Assembly (NCBI RefSeq): GCF_001194135.2 | Contig: NC_068983.1 | Coordinates: forward strand, 15,394,452 to 15,458,451 | DNA length: 64,000 nt | DNA from: Octopus bimaculoides | Lineage: Eukaryota | Direction: 5' to 3' | Shown here: positions 35,664 through 50,600 of the stretch, piece after piece | How positions within the stretch are numbered: the stretch's first letter is position 1 | Layout of the letters: every line of letters starts with the position of its first letter | Program-made: the position numbers and the translations under genes | The notes under the pieces: model-generated | What the model was told of the DNA's origin: nothing | Database searches by the model: none | The model's input: only the letters and a program-made list of their open reading frames with translations

Positions 35664-36844
35664 AGTACTACTATCTGGTCCTTAGCTTTAAAATAAGAAA
35701 TTAGAGACTATAGAAAAATCTTCTTACATCAATTTTGTAAAAGTCTTTCAAACCTGAAATAAGCAATTAAATACACTACATAAAAATAATAATTCTTTAA
35801 GGAACTATATTTTCACTTGGTAAAATTTAGAAAAATGCTAAATAAGTTTTGGTTCCAAAATGTAGTTCTTCACTTTTAACATGTCCTTAAATGCCAAAAG
35901 ATTTTGAGATTTTTTTGTTTATGGTTTTATATTATATCATAAATAACCCCAGAAAATGTTTTAAAAATTAGTTTTTACTCAAAGCAAAGCCCCACATTGA
36001 AATTTTTGTCCTTTCAGGTCAAGATAGGTAAAACAGAACACAAAAAAACTCAGTCCTTAGCAAAAAAATTAAAAAATCCACTCACAACCCACTCCAAATA
36101 ATATATATAAATTTCATTTTATTCATTGGCAATGTCCAGCTCAATGAATAGAATGTGGTTGCTTTTTCTAGCAGGTCTAACACTACATAGCAGTTACCTC
36201 ATTGATTTGATAAAGATGTATACATATATTCTTATGAGCATGATTGTGATAAACTTATGAAATTTCTTCCACATTGCTGACCTGAATTACTCATTGGTCT
36301 AATAAACTAGAAGATTTTCTGTGCCCTATGCTTTGACATAAATCATTAAAAGTCTGTTTAGTATTTGCACTCCAAGTATGAATAAATAAACAAAGCAAAA
36401 ATTGATATAATAATGAATTGTTTTACTAGGGCAGAAATGGTAGTTTACTGTTATTTAAGTGGCTTGTCAAAGAAAATAGTGCTCTTAAATAAAACTACCA
36501 TTTATTCTATGGTTTAGTTTTGTTTTGCAGAACCAAAGACATTAATCTAATCTAAATCTGCACTTGCTCAGTACTCCAACTGCTAGAAAAAGCAGCCAAA
36601 TCTCATTCAAATTACACCCTACTTCTTAAAAAAAAAAGAACACAATGGAAAATGTAGTCCTAGTTTGAAAAAAAATTAGGATGGTTATAGCTGGAATGCT
36701 TTTGATATACAAGGCAGCAAAAACGAAAAAATTCTAGCACCCACCCTGGAATATGTTTGAAGCACTTATACCAAATATACCATCAGTTTTACTCTACCAG
36801 ACTTTGTTTTGGAGATACACCATGAAATTGGGGACCACAGTTGC

Positions 36845-36879
<35 letters not shown>

Positions 36880-36939
36880 CATATGTATATAAAAGCAACA
36901 TTAACAAGCATATTTGTGTATACACCAGATAATGAACCA

Positions 36940-37257
36940 CTGCTCAGTGATGGCCCAATCCTTTTCCATCGAATAAGCAAGGTACCATATAAAAAGTAGT
37001 CAGTCCACTGTAAAATGGTTGGTGTTAGGAAGAGCATCCAGTCATAAAAATATTGCCAAAGCACACTTTGCCGGTACTTGTGCCACCTAAAAAGCCCCCA
37101 GTCCACTCTGTAAAGTGGTTGGCATTAGGAAATGCATCCATCCATAAAAATTATGCCAAAATAGATAGTGGAGCTTCATGTAGTCCTCTGGTTACCAGCT
37201 CTTGTCAAACCATCCAACCCATGCCAGCATGGAAGATAGACATATGATGATGATGAT
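36940..37257 (+). mobile_element. RTE-type 3' end (diverged)
   Basis: cttgtcaaaccatccaacccatgccagcatgg followed by (GAT)n. Confidence 0.7.
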
Positions 37258-37950
37258 ATTTGTGAATACACCAATTTCGAATGTTAGTTTCTTTGATCTC
37301 AAGTTGACATTTACAAAGGTATAAAATTTATATAGTTTATATTAAAAAATTTTAGCAAGTAATTAACTATTCATATTCTAGTAGTTAAGTTTTGTCTGTA
37401 ACAAATCCAACTGCAATATTTTGCTGTTAAACACTGTAACAGAAGCCTAAGCTCAGTGTGGTCTAATCAGTAAAATAAAATCATGCAAGCAACAGGTACA
37501 GAGTTCACGTCCCAAAGGTGGGTTTTTTTTTTCACTCTTCAATCTCAAATTGATGTTTACAAAAATATGTCTAATATTATTTGGCTTAAAAATTTTAAAC
37601 ATTAAATAATACATGTACAAGTGATATATTTGTATGTTTTCTGTAAACTTGAAGAAAATGATAATATTAATATGAAGTGTAGCCTATCTCAGACTCATGA
37701 CAATTACAGCATGTCATCTCAAAAATTATACTTTTGCAAACCACAAGGAGATACTAACAAAATACCTAATAAACAAATAAGACAATTAAGCCCTTAAACT
37801 CTCAAATTGTATAAGTCAGTTATGTTATTCTTCTGTGGCAGATATCATACATGTAATCAGTAGCTACTCAAAAGTTCACTGATATATGACAGGATGTTGT
37901 TGCTAAAATAACATACAAAGTCATCCACAGAAAAGACTGCTCTGGGGTAA

Positions 37951-38141
37951 ATCATCATCATCATCATCATCGTTTAACGTCTGCTTTCCATGCTAGCATG
38001 GGTTGGATGATTTGACTGAGGACTGGCGAACCAAGCTACAATCTGATCTGGCAGAGTTTCTACAGCTGGATGCCCTTCCTAACGCCAACCACTCCGAGAG
38101 TGTAGTGGGTGCTTTTACATGCCACCGGCACGAAGGCTAGT
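37951..38141 (-). mobile_element. Young RTE 3' end
   Basis: (ATC)n plus the family 3' UTR. Confidence 0.85.
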
Positions 38142-38169
38142 CAAATATATACAACTCTGCAACTAAATA

Positions 38170-38952
38170 CAAGAGTAGGCTGAAAAGTTCTAGATTGGCT
38201 ACGAAGGTGTGATGCTAGAGCTGTGAAATCCTGCATGCATTAATTTCAACTTAATATCTGCATTGTTTCTTTCAGGTACACTGTTCAAAGACTTCAAAAG
38301 TACCTAGTAGCAACTTCTCTTGAAAATGTTAACAAGTATCTACAGGAAAAGGGTTTAACCCCCAAGGACATTCATGCTGACATACTTGCAATATTAGGGG
38401 TCGATGCTCAAGCTGTATCAACAGTGCAAAAGTGGGCAGCTGAATTAAAGAAAGGAAGGGAAGGGACAGGCAATTGATTATAAATCAAATAGCAAATGCT
38501 ATTGGCAAATCCCATGACAGAGTTGAGAATATTCTGCACAATGAACTTGGCATGACTGAAGTTTCTGCTCAGTGGCTACCACATCTGACACCCTATCAAA
38601 AGTGCACCAGGCTGATCACATCACAACAAAACCCGACATTGTTTCAGGCAGATCCAGTTGGTTCCATAAACATTTCTGAAAACCAGAATAAGTGTTGGGT
38701 TGGCTTCATGATTTTCAGCCAGAAACAAGACAATCCATGCAGTGAAAACACCCCACCACATCTGCTCCAAAGAAGGCCATGGTTGTTTCATCTGCAGGGA
38801 AGGTGATGGATTCAGCTTTTGGGGATGCAAAAGACAACACTGATGGAAGAAGAGTGTGTTCCTGCAAAGGGGACTATGTTAAAAAATAAACCACATTTGG
38901 TTACATTCCATGAGTATCTTGATCAGCCTATGAACTTCTTAGTTGACCATCA
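38170..38952 (+). mobile_element. Decayed mariner element
   Basis: Degenerate TIRs (caagagtaggctgaaaagttc / gaacttcttagttgaccatca); remnants HADILAILGVDAQAVSTVQKWAAELKKGR and ILHNELGMTEVSAQWLPH. Confidence 0.8.
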
Positions 38953-40003
38953 TACATATAGAAGACTGGTGGAACATTCTCATCAATACTTCTACCCACT
39001 CTAAACACTAGCCTGCCCTGCAGATAATCTCTTCCAATATCAGCAAGACATAGAATATTTGTGCACAACTACTTCAAAACCTACACTTCTACCCCAATTA
39101 CAAATTCATGTTTATACCAATAATTACTGGTACACTTGGTTGTTAGTAAATGAGAATTTTCAGGCGAAAAAGTGAATACTAACAGGCACTTTCACACATA
39201 AGTTATGGTACGAAAAGCATGGAAAGCGGACATTAAATGATGATGAAGGAAATATAGCATTAAGATTTCATAAAATAATATTAAAAAATTGTGGCAAAAT
39301 ATTGGTTTTAAATTTTGGGACAAGGCCAGCAGTTTTGGGGAGGGGTAAGTCAAATACATCAACCCAAGTGCTCAATTGGTACTTATTTTATCAATCTCAA
39401 AAGGATGAAAAGCAAAGTAAACCTCAGTGGAATTTGAACTCACATCCTAAAGACACAACGAAATGCCACTAAGCATTTTGCATGGCATGCTTAACAGTTC
39501 TGACAGCTTGCTGCCAAATTGTAGAAAACTTTATGCAAACAGAATTTATTGAAGAAATGCAGTGGAATAAACACAAGATCCAAAATCCAAAAGTAAATGG
39601 CACCTTGTTTTGGGAGATAGATTTCGTTCTTCCAAAATCCTCAATCACAAAAAAATATTAAGACTAACAAATTGGTTTCTGTGAAACTTAGAATACTACA
39701 ATATTCCTTAAAGTGAAGCCAGTACATTTTACCAACTATGACCCTATCAAACCAATAGTTGCTTTGGCTTGCAATTCCGTGACACTGATAACACATTCTG
39801 ATATATATAAATCAGGAAGAGTATAAAANNNNNNNNNNNNNNNNNNNNNNNNNNNNNNNNNNNNNNNNNNNNNNNNNNNNNNNNNNNNNNNNNNNNNNNN
39901 NNNNNNNNNNNNNNNNNNNNNNNNNNNNNNNNNNNNNNNNNNNNNNNNNNNNNNNNNNNNNNNNNNNNNNNNNNNNNNNNNNNNNNNNNNNNNNNNNNNN
40001 NNN

Positions 40004-40042
<39 letters not shown>

Positions 40043-40044
<2 letters not shown>

Positions 40045-40712
40045 TCATGTGTTGTGTATGGATGAGGACAGCTGTGTGAAAAAGTATCACACCCTAACAG
40101 TGGAGGGAACCTGTGGAAGAGGTAGATCCAGAAGACCTGGGATGAGGTGGTGAAGCATGACCTTTGAATGTTGGGCCTCACGGAGGCAATGACAAGCAAC
40201 AGAGACCTTTGGAGATATGCTGTGCTTGAGAAGACCCGGCAAGCCAAGTGAAACCTTAGCCGTGACCTACGTCAGTGTCGCATAACTGGCCCATTTAAGA
40301 ATACCTTTCAATCATTGGTCAATGTACTGTGCTTGAGAAGACCTGTTGAGTCAAGTGCAATCATTGTTGTGGTCGATGCCAGTACTGCCTAACTGGTACC
40401 CATGCTAGTGGCACATAAAAAGCACTGTTCAAGCGTGGTTGTTACCAGTCCCACTGGACTGGCTCCTGTGCAGGTGACACGTAAAAAACACCATTCGAGC
40501 GTGGCCGTTGCTAATACCGCCTGACTGGCTCTCGTGCCGGTGGCACATAAAAGCACCCACTACACTCTCGGAGTGGTTGGTGTTAGGAAGGGCATCCAGC
40601 TGTAGAAACTCTGCCAGATCAGATTGGTGCCTGGTGCATCCATCTGGTTCGCCAATCCCCAGTCAAACCGTCCAACCCATGCCAGCATGGAATGCGGACG
40701 TTAAACGATGAT
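40043..40712 (+). mobile_element. 5'-truncated RTE LINE (ORF2 C-terminus + complete 3' UTR)
   Basis: [28 protein letters not shown]...[16 protein letters not shown] followed by the 3' UTR that all the short copies share. Confidence 0.88.
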
Positions 40713-40760
40713 ATATATATACATATATATATTGAACTAGGAGCGAAGCAATCTTTTAAT

Positions 40761-40792
<32 letters not shown>

Positions 40793-40873
40793 TTGAGGAA
40801 TAAATATTCAAATGAATATTTATATAGATATTTTAATTGTTGATCNNNNNNNNNNNNNNNNNNNNNNNNNNNN

Positions 40874-40919
<46 letters not shown>

Positions 40920-41847
40920 TATTTATAGTAGACTTTTCAAAAACAAAAAAGTAATGGCAATGTTTTCTATTTTCTAATTTTCACTTTTTAACACTAAACA
41001 AGACCTTCTTTGTTTCATTTAAGAGGAGGAAAACAGAGCACATAAGTACTTAGAAAGTATACGAGACAGAAAGCGAAGGAATGAAGCAGAGAGTGTAATG
41101 GGTGGGAGAAAAAGAAAAACAGCGTCACTTAGTGGAAAGAAACATTGTGCTAATGACAGAATATATTCCTTGCAGCTTACAAACTCAGGAGCAAAGACTG
41201 TAGAGTTGAGAAAATTATAGACGGATGACTAATGCGAGAGCACATGAAACACAAGATCAAACATCACAAAGACAAGAAATACACAAGAGAAGAGAAGCTA
41301 ATACAAGATTAAGTTCAAACTGCTGGCCGAACGACACACAAGCATGAAACAGAGATTCACTAAAGCAGTGTTTCCTAATGTAGGTTCTGTGAGGCAAAGC
41401 ATCTTTTGATGAAATTTAATAAAAGAAAATGATATCCACCTATTTGAAATTAATTTTTTTTCAAGTTTTTATTTTTAATATGAATAAATTCTTTCTCTAA
41501 AACAATTGTTGTTTCGTGTAATATATTGCTAAAACTATGGGTGCTAGGGTTTTTTCCATAAAATATGTAAACATGGGTTCTGCTATTTTAAGAAAATCAT
41601 ATAAAGATTAAACAAAATAACTTTGAGAACCACTGGGCTGCCGTGGCTACTTCAAAAACAACCAGAAAAGATAGGGAGATTGTTTCCAAATGGAAGACAA
41701 TGAATTTGATGAGACAAAAATAGAAACTAACTCCAAAGAAAAATGAATGTTAAATATTCAAAATGTGCTCCAATGATGGGATGAAAGGAAAGGATTTAAA
41801 GTAACTCAAAAACAATTCCCAAGTTCAATTTATGTTGTGATAATGGA

Positions 41848-42130
41848 CATCATCATCATCATCGTTTAACGTCCGCTTTCCATGCTAGCATGTGTTGAAC
41901 GATTTGACTGAGGACTGGTGAAACCGGATGGCAACACCAGGCTCCAATCTGATATGGCAGAGTTTCTACAGCTGGATGCCCTTCCTAACGCCAACCACTC
42001 AGAGAATGTAGTGGGTGCTTTTACGTGTCACCCGCACGAAGGCCAGTCAGGCGGTACTGGCAACGGCCACGCTCAAAATGGTGTATTTTATGTGCCACCC
42101 GCACAAGAGCCAGTTCAGGGGCACTGGCAT
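41848..42130 (-). mobile_element. Young RTE 3' UTR fragment
   Basis: (ATC)n plus the family 3' UTR. Confidence 0.85.
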
Positions 42131-45100
42131 GTATGTGCAAATATGCTGTCTACAAAAGAGTATGTTAGTACTAAAGTGTGTGTGTGACCATTTAACATCC
42201 TCTTTTCCATGCTTGCATCGATTCAATAGTGTTTATTTGAGGCATATTTTCTATGGTCAGATGTCCTTCCTATTGCCAACTTTCATCAGCTTCCAAGCAA
42301 GGTAATATTTTCCAAAGCCCACACAGGATAAGTGTGTGTGTGTGTGTGTGTAATATACATACACATATACACATACATACAAACACATACACACAATGTG
42401 ATCCTCTTTTTAGAATAGGTATAATATGACCTTGCATTTCATAAGAGCAGACTAAAGAATTTGGTAACAAGAAAGCTATCCAAACATTAAATGCTGCCTT
42501 AGAAAACCCATCTAACCCACATGACTTATGTACCCCAATAAACATATATGTATATTTTTACATGTATGTTGATTATTTATATATATGTTGTATGTATACA
42601 TATTTACATATGTTAATTATTTATATCTATTAATTATATAAATTTAATTATTTCAAACATATAAATCTCTAATATAATGAATGAATACGACAGATAGATA
42701 TACCTAACAAAATACATTTAACTGGGTTAACGAAATTCAAGCCAGAAATCATGACATTTAATCAAGTCTCAAATAGGAGGAAGTTAATAAGGACATCATG
42801 AGTAACAAGTTGAATATGCTCACAAGCAAATGTGGTTGAGAAAAACTTGTGATTTCAAACTTAAAAGTCACACATGAGTAGGCTCATTAAGAGAACGAAA
42901 CAGAAAAGAGGTTTCCTACAAAATGGTCTCTCAGACGAGTGGTAGAAGGAAAGGGAGTTATCCTCAAACAAGAAACCTGGCCCAAAGACTTCCAACAGAA
43001 TGTACTATGTTAAAGGTAAACAAGGACATGATGTGAAACCTAACAATGAATTAAGTCTACCACCCAAGAACTTAGGATGCAAAAAACAAGAATAAGCACC
43101 AAAAATTCTTATCCAATGCTCTATCAAATTATCCTATCAGTCCACCACCCAAAACTAGTATTTAATTTAAAAGACCCAAAAGGATGAAAGGCAAAAATTG
43201 TCCACGGTGGGATTTGAACCAACAAATACTACTCTACCACTCTGCCAGTTCACTGTTCTTATTTACATAGTCAACCTAATGTTTTTGTGCGGTCACTTGA
43301 ACTTCTAACAATAGTAGCCAAATCACATCTTACCATCTTAAATAACAAAAAGAAACAGCTAAAATGCCTCTCCTCAATCAAGGTTGATCTAGGGCTAAAC
43401 AATAAGGTCAGATTACTAGACAAAGAGACTGAGCAGCATATGTATATCTAAGAGTGAAAACAAACTCCACACACTATAGTTTAAAATGGTTCAGAGTAAA
43501 TGAATGATTATTCCAGTAGTAATTCAACATATTTCACATTTACATGCTAGGAAGACCTATCTATATTTCTTAACATAGGTTATACAATTTTATACCAATA
43601 AAGAATACAATAAAAACTTACAGAAACGGTAATAAGAATCTAAAAGTGATCAAGAAAATACCATTGTTTTCAAAAACTTGTGGAACATCAATTTATTGTG
43701 TTTACAAAGTTTACTAATAAAGGATCTTACAAGAAAGTTTGGATTCAGTTTTTATAAATAGCCAGCAAGTTATTTGAAAGAAAGTGAATCATTGTCAGCA
43801 TTTCTACTATGACAGGCCAGTTTCTGTCAGAATAAGCACTTCAAAAATTCTCACATTCTTTGGTCTGTGATTCTATACTCTATATTCATTCCCCAATCCA
43901 TAGTATTCTGCAATCTAAATCTTATCAGAAAAAAAAATCTTTCAAAAATTCCGCACAAGGAACACTTCTTACTCAGATGTGTATTATTAGCAGAAGGTTG
44001 TCCCCCCAGTTATACTACCTAATCCAAGGGAGGTATAGGCATTATCTTTTAAAGTTTAGTCAATCATAAACAGTTAAATTTCAATCTGGGGGGGGGGGGA
44101 ATATATATATACAAGTAATTTTTCTCCTTGTATGAAAAATTTGTTTTGTGAACTTTGCACCAAAGAACTCAAACCTTGAAATATTTATCTGCACACTAAG
44201 AACTATGACAAAATTTTCAACAGAATCTTGTTTATTGTCCTCAATTCCAAACTAGATTCATAACAAACAATACTAGCTTGTATCACACGTACAGTAACTA
44301 ATACATTCACACAATCACTTTCTGTAATATTCCTAAAGCAACCTGTTCTCACTACTTCTAAAACATTTTCATCTTACTTTGCAAACTAAATTTAATATAT
44401 ACCCACTAGTATTCATAATATTCCAATTCTACCTCCAGTTTTTCAACATAATAAACAAAACCTTTAAATATTTCTGAGTTTTTATCAATCCTTAATATTT
44501 TTGTACTTCAAATTTATAATTTCAAACTCAATTTACGCCAATCTTCTACTACAATTCTTCTACTAATATTATGCGAAACAAATCAGTTATGGAGTCAAAA
44601 CAGAGATGATGAACAAGATAATTTATTGTCACATAACTACATTACAGATGACATTGTAATTCTATGCAGCTATTGAACCTGATAAAAATAGGAGCCAAAC
44701 TTTCTTCAAATTACACTATCAGCTTTAAAAACAATGGAAGACATTGAATAGTATAGTCCAACATACACTATGCTTGAATTAAAAAAAAAACAAGATGGTC
44801 TGATTGATTAGGGCTAAACTGGGCCTAAACAGAGAATATGGTTATTTCTGTTAGAGATGTGCATTAAGTAGACACTAGCTCAACCTATATTGATAAAAGA
44901 TATAAGAAAATTAAAAGACTATTCAAAATTTAAATTTCATTGACTCTAAGACCAAATCAACAATGACAATGTCAACATTTAAAACTTTACCTAACTCTTT
45001 ACTGAAGGGAAGATTCTTACATAAAAATGCAAATGTTAGGGAACACAGTTAAAACTAGTTTGCATTGAAACAAACAATCATTTGTACTCAAGACTTTCTG

Positions 45101-45299
45101 CCTCGAATTACAATTTCCACAATTAAAAAACCAATCTATTAGCAATCCAAATACTTTACACACAAAGAAAAGCACAAGCAACTTCCTGTATCTACATGAA
45201 TTTACATTTAATATGAAGATACGAGTCACCAATTTCCAGTAATAATTTCCCAGACTTATTAATATTAAATATTTCCTCATGCTGGTCTCTCACCCCCTC

Positions 45300-45338
<39 letters not shown>

Positions 45339-46524
45339 ACCCATGCTAGCATGGAAAGCGGACGTTAAACGATGATGATGATGATGATATATATATATAT
45401 AGGCGTANNNNNNNNNNNNNNNNNNNNNNNNNNNNNNNNNNNNNNNNNNNNNNNNNNNNNNNNNNNNNNNNNNNNNNNNNNNNNNNNNNNNNNNNNNNNN
45501 NNNNNNNNNNNNNNNNNNNNNNNNNNNNNNNNNNNNNNNNNNNNNNNNNNNNNNNNNNNNNNNNNNNNNNNNNNNNNNNNNNNNNNNNNNNNNNNNNNCG
45601 TAACTTAGCGGTTCGGCAAAAGAGACCGATAGAATAAGTACTAGGCTTCTAAAGAATAAGTCCTGGGGTCCATTTGCTTGACTAAAGGCGGTGCTCCAGC
45701 ATGGCCACAGTCAAAAGACTGAAACAAGTAAAAGAGTATATATATATATAGTTATTAATATTTCTAAGTCTCTCTAAAGGAGACTACGGCAGCAGTACTG
45801 GAAATTAATAGTTATCGCCAAGCCAACATGGCAGTCCCAAAATTAGGACGAAAGATGCCGTGAATTAGCTCCAAGAAGCCATATATATATATATATACAC
45901 ACACACACAAACTCTTGTCCTTGGCACTGTCAACTGTATCATTATAACCATCCTACTGATCCCCTCACCCCACTATATTCTGCATCCTTCTACTTTTCCC
46001 AACTCATGCATCACTAGTCATCCCCCACCACTTATCCGTCACTCCCTAGAACCATCCTTCAACACAACCCAATATTTACAGTTGTTGCCTACTTCCCTTC
46101 TTCCATTTCCCATCTCTTGTCACCACCACCATACACTCTTGCATATTCCCCACTCACACTTCCAGTTCCTCTATCCCCACTTCTTCTCGCCTTGTACCTG
46201 GACATCTTATCATCACAATTCCTTTGCAGCTCCTACTGATCATTCTTACCCTCTCTTCTCAATGTGAGAAGCCATATAGCTCCTCTGCAAGAGCCTGCAC
46301 TGTACCCCACCTCCCTTTTCTCATAATTTAACCCTCAACCTCTAGCATAAAGTCAACCCCCACCCTTTGGGTTTCATAATCTTACACGCTGTATGGCAAC
46401 CTCACTAATGCCAGTGGCACGAAAAAAGCACCCAGAGCACAATGTTGTTTTTAGACCCATGAGATCCTGTCAAACCATCCAACCCATGCAAGCATTGATC
46501 ATGGGGACATGAACATGAAATTAG

Positions 46525-46566
<42 letters not shown>

Positions 46567-47309
46567 TTTGCATTATTGTTTATAATAAATCAATATGAGA
46601 AAGGGTTATCCCTAACTGAATTTTGACAAACATAAAACATGTGACATATGAAATTTCATAACTGTGACTGAGTATTTCAAAATACAGAGGCCTTCAGTTG
46701 TTAACCAATGCTATATATAATTCAGCTACTCATATAGATACTTGCCAATATCAGGTAGATAAAAAAAAACTTTGACCAAAAGCCTTCCAGTGTTATAGTA
46801 GTATGCTGACAATATCAGCTCTTCATTATTATGCATGTGACACATGCACTAATTCCATTTGAATCCAAAATGCAAGGCTTCACATATCTTTTTAGATTTC
46901 TTCACAATACAAATAGTGAAAGCAATTCATCTTCTATATAATTTTGTATTCTGTATATTCTTTTACATAATTTATATTCAAAAACCTACTCCTCTCATCC
47001 CCAAGCATGAAATTGACTCTCCCACCTACCCCAGGGCTCATAGTCCTACAAATTGCTTGGTGACCTCAATAGTGCAAGTGGCACAAACAAAGTACCCAGT
47101 CCATGCTGTAAAGTGGTTGGCATTAGGGAGGGCATCCAGCTTGAAAAACGATGCCAAAGCAGACATTGGAGCTCAATACAGTGCTTGGACATATCAGTTC
47201 CTATCAAACCATCTGTTGAATGATGATGATGATGTATGTGGATAAGAAGTTCAATTTGTGGTTCTCAGTTCAATCTAACTGCATGGTATATTGGACAAGA
47301 GTAGTCTTC

Positions 47310-47620
47310 TCTGTAGTAAGGTTACTTGAGAGGGTGCACAGCTCAAAAACCGGGGAGTCTCTCCAGGTCAAACCACTACTTCTCTACATTGACAGATTAC
47401 AACTCCAGGACTACGGACAAGTGATCAGAATGTCACAGTAAAGAATTGCAAAATGGATTTTTCGAGCTGAGCAAACCAGTAAGAGACCTTGGGGTCAAAC
47501 CAAGAATGAGATGGTTGGATAATATCCATAGTTTCCATCACAGCTGAGAATCCATCTGGAATGTCTAATGACAGTTGCTTCTGATAGGACCCTATGGAGA
47601 GATGCCTGAGGACTCTACTT
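47310..47620 (+). mobile_element. Second, older RTE-clade ORF2 C-terminal relic
   Basis: VRLLERVHSSKTGESLQVKPLLLYIDRLQLQDYGQVIRMSQ*RIAKWIFRAEQTSKRP resembles RTE 'RSQLRWYGHVIRM..RIA...GKRPRGRP'. Confidence 0.65.
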
Positions 47621-50600
47621 TCATGGCCCTCCCAGGAATAGAGGGTGGAGAAGCCACAAGTTTGACAATACTTTGCGAGTAAAATCTAGATGAAAACTGT
47701 AGCATTCTTTCATGTAGATACATACATATATCATCATCGTTATTTTTATATCTGTTTTTTTCATGCATGGGTTGGATGAAACTTGAGGCAGTATGCTACA
47801 GCTGGATGGCCTTCCTGGTGCTAACCCTATTTTCAAATAAGGTGCTTTATTCCATTGGTTTTCACACATCAAACCGCTAAGTAGCAGGACATAAATAAAC
47901 TTCACCTCTTCCCAAGTGGTGTTAATGCAAAGACATATGGAGACATACACACACACACAAACAATGAACTTCCATATAGTTTCAGTCTGCCAAATTTTAC
48001 TCACAAAGCAATGATAAACTCAAGGCCATAGCAGAAGGCACTTGCCCAAAGTGCCATGCAGTGGGATCAAACCTAAAATCACAAGGTTGCAAAGCAAACT
48101 TCATAACCACACTGCCAAGGCTCTACCTCATATACATGAAAAGTGAAATGAGCCCATTTGATACCAATGCATCCAAGATCACTCCTGATTCTACAAGACA
48201 AACTCCATTTTAAAGTGATCTAAATTAAAATCTACCATCAAAATTTCATGTTCCAAACTCCAGTATAATAACACAGTTATTTTTATTAAATTCATTATTT
48301 TCAAAATTAATTAAAACAAAGGCAATCTATGTCAACAAAAATATGGTAACAAAAGAGTCAATATTATTGATATCTAACACTGGCACATTTTAGAAAGGAA
48401 ATACAGTGAATTAAACTGACTCAGTACATAGCTGGTACTTTATCAACCCCTGAAGTATGAAAAACAAAGTCAACTGCAATGGGTTTTAAATAATCTTGCG
48501 AATGGTAAGCACTGAACTATAATAAGTTCCCAATGAGGTAAGCTTACAACCCAGCTTCAATTGTGCTAATTTTAATTTAGCTGATCCAATACATAAACCT
48601 TTTCACTTTGCTATAAATCTCTATCATTAATAACACTGCTCAGTACATTTACATAACAGGCAATCATGTCTGTCTGAAAAGCTGTTATCGTTATTTCACC
48701 TGAGGTCAGCTCTTGCTGATCATATCTATGATCAAAAACATTCCATCATGACCACCTCATTTTTCTGTATAACCAGAATGACACCGTCCAATGTATCTTT
48801 TTTATAAGACAAGTAGTGTGATTTCAAAGAGATTTGGCTAACATTTTTAGCATATTGAACAACCGCAGAAGTAGCCTTATTTACTTGAAAGCTAATATGA
48901 AGGGTTAGAAGCAGAAACAAATATCCATAACTGAATGTTTCACAGTACAAATATCCAACCACCATTTGGATCAAATCCCTACCACCACCACCACAAATCT
49001 AATGAGTCATCTACACATACGAAGTACTAGTGTTCAGAATCTTATCAAATATTTATCAAATTCTTGTATTAATGGAAAGAAAAAAAATATTCAGTTGTTA
49101 CATATTAAGAATCTGTTATACCGCTTCTTACTAAGAATGCTATCAATAATTTCTTCTGGTTCCTTATTTTCTATTTGTTTTTCTTGGACTTATTAAAACT
49201 AGATCTTCATAGTTCCACATCATATTTGTTTATACAGATGTTGACTAATATTGTTTACACATTAACTATGCATTTTTGCACTGTCTTGAAAATCTATTCC
49301 TTACAAACATTAGACCTTTAGCATTAATAATACAAAGAGTAATCCTTTAGCATTATTAATACAGAAAGTAGGCTTTCTCAACTTATATTCATTCTTTAAT
49401 ATGTACCACAAACTTTTTTTCTTACTAATATACACCAATCATATGATGTAAAGTTTAAGATTTGAATGGCTAAAGTTAAAAGAAAATTAACCTTAGGCCT
49501 TTGCTGACAGGACCTATGACCAAATGTGTGCCAGTCATAACATATCTAGGAATATATTATCCAATGTATACTTCCTTTTTTTAAGAATGTGTTAGAAATG
49601 TTGTTGTTCAGCACCTACTCAGCTCTGATTGAGCAAAACCTAGATCAAAGATGTTCTGGCTGTCTGTGACAGTCCTGTAATTGTTTTCCAAGACAGCAAC
49701 AGACCAGTGACTCTCCAACAGAAAAATACCAGCCAAACCAGAAAATACCATATTTTCAACCTCCTTCTCGCTTGATTAATGTGAAGACAAAAGAGTTTGC
49801 ATCCATATAATAATTCTTTCTTCACTATGTTTAGAAACATTTTAATTTTATTAAACATAGCAATTTATCTGCCCTCTTTTGAATCCTCTCACTCCACACC
49901 TATGGGAAACACTACGAGTCTGCACATTATCCAATGTGTCCTTTTTAAAAAACAGTAAGATGCGATTTAGCTCCTGTTTGACAACAAGATCGGTTACAAA
50001 TTAGTTTATATATATTCATATTATATCCTTAGAAATTCATGATATACTAACTCATAAATAGAAATTAAACACAAATGCAATGCTTTATTTAAACCTGTAC
50101 CCAACTATTTCTATGGTAACAGATAATACTTAAAAATTAGTAAATGCTCTAAAACTAAACTCCATATTTTTATTGTTTCTGATAAAATAACTTGAAATTT
50201 TCGATGTAAAAGATACGTATTAGTTTATTCCGATCCATCCCAATGCCTGATAACGCTTCTCTGAAAGATGCTGCGATTACTAAGGAGTTGTGATGCATAC
50301 AAATTATCTGAATTTTCTTTGTTGCGTTTCTACAGCAAATAAGGACGATTACGCTTTGTTTTTACTTCATCCAGTTTCAATGATAGTTCCGCTACCTTAT
50401 GTTTGATTGAATCTAAATAAAGTACAGACCCACGCCAGTACTGATCACCAGGTGTTTTCTCGAGTCGAGGAATTCTTTACGCGACCACCCGACAGGTTAG
50501 AAATAGCAGCCAAATCTCCCTTAAGGCAGGGATGTATTGAATAATGTGATCCGATATACATAAAGACAGGACGGTCAAGACTGGAAAGCCTTTTATCCTC

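Larger units (their letters stand above)
16859..45598. other. Assembly gaps at 16859-17160, 18489-18854, 20786-20854, 32435-32620, 39829-40003, 40846-40873 and 45408-45598
   Basis: N runs; six of the seven abut young repeats or microsatellites. Confidence 0.97.

Noticed and set aside
41365-41636. Possible hAT MITE (cagtgtttcc...gagaaccactg)
   Set aside because: TIR match is weak and the flanking 8-mers do not form a TSD; not supportable as a feature.
50438-50480. Cluster of restriction-site palindromes (AGTACT, TGATCA, CTCGAG, GAATTC) resembling a polylinker
   Set aside because: No recognisable vector context or order; expected by chance in a CpG-retaining region. A VecScreen hit would overturn this.
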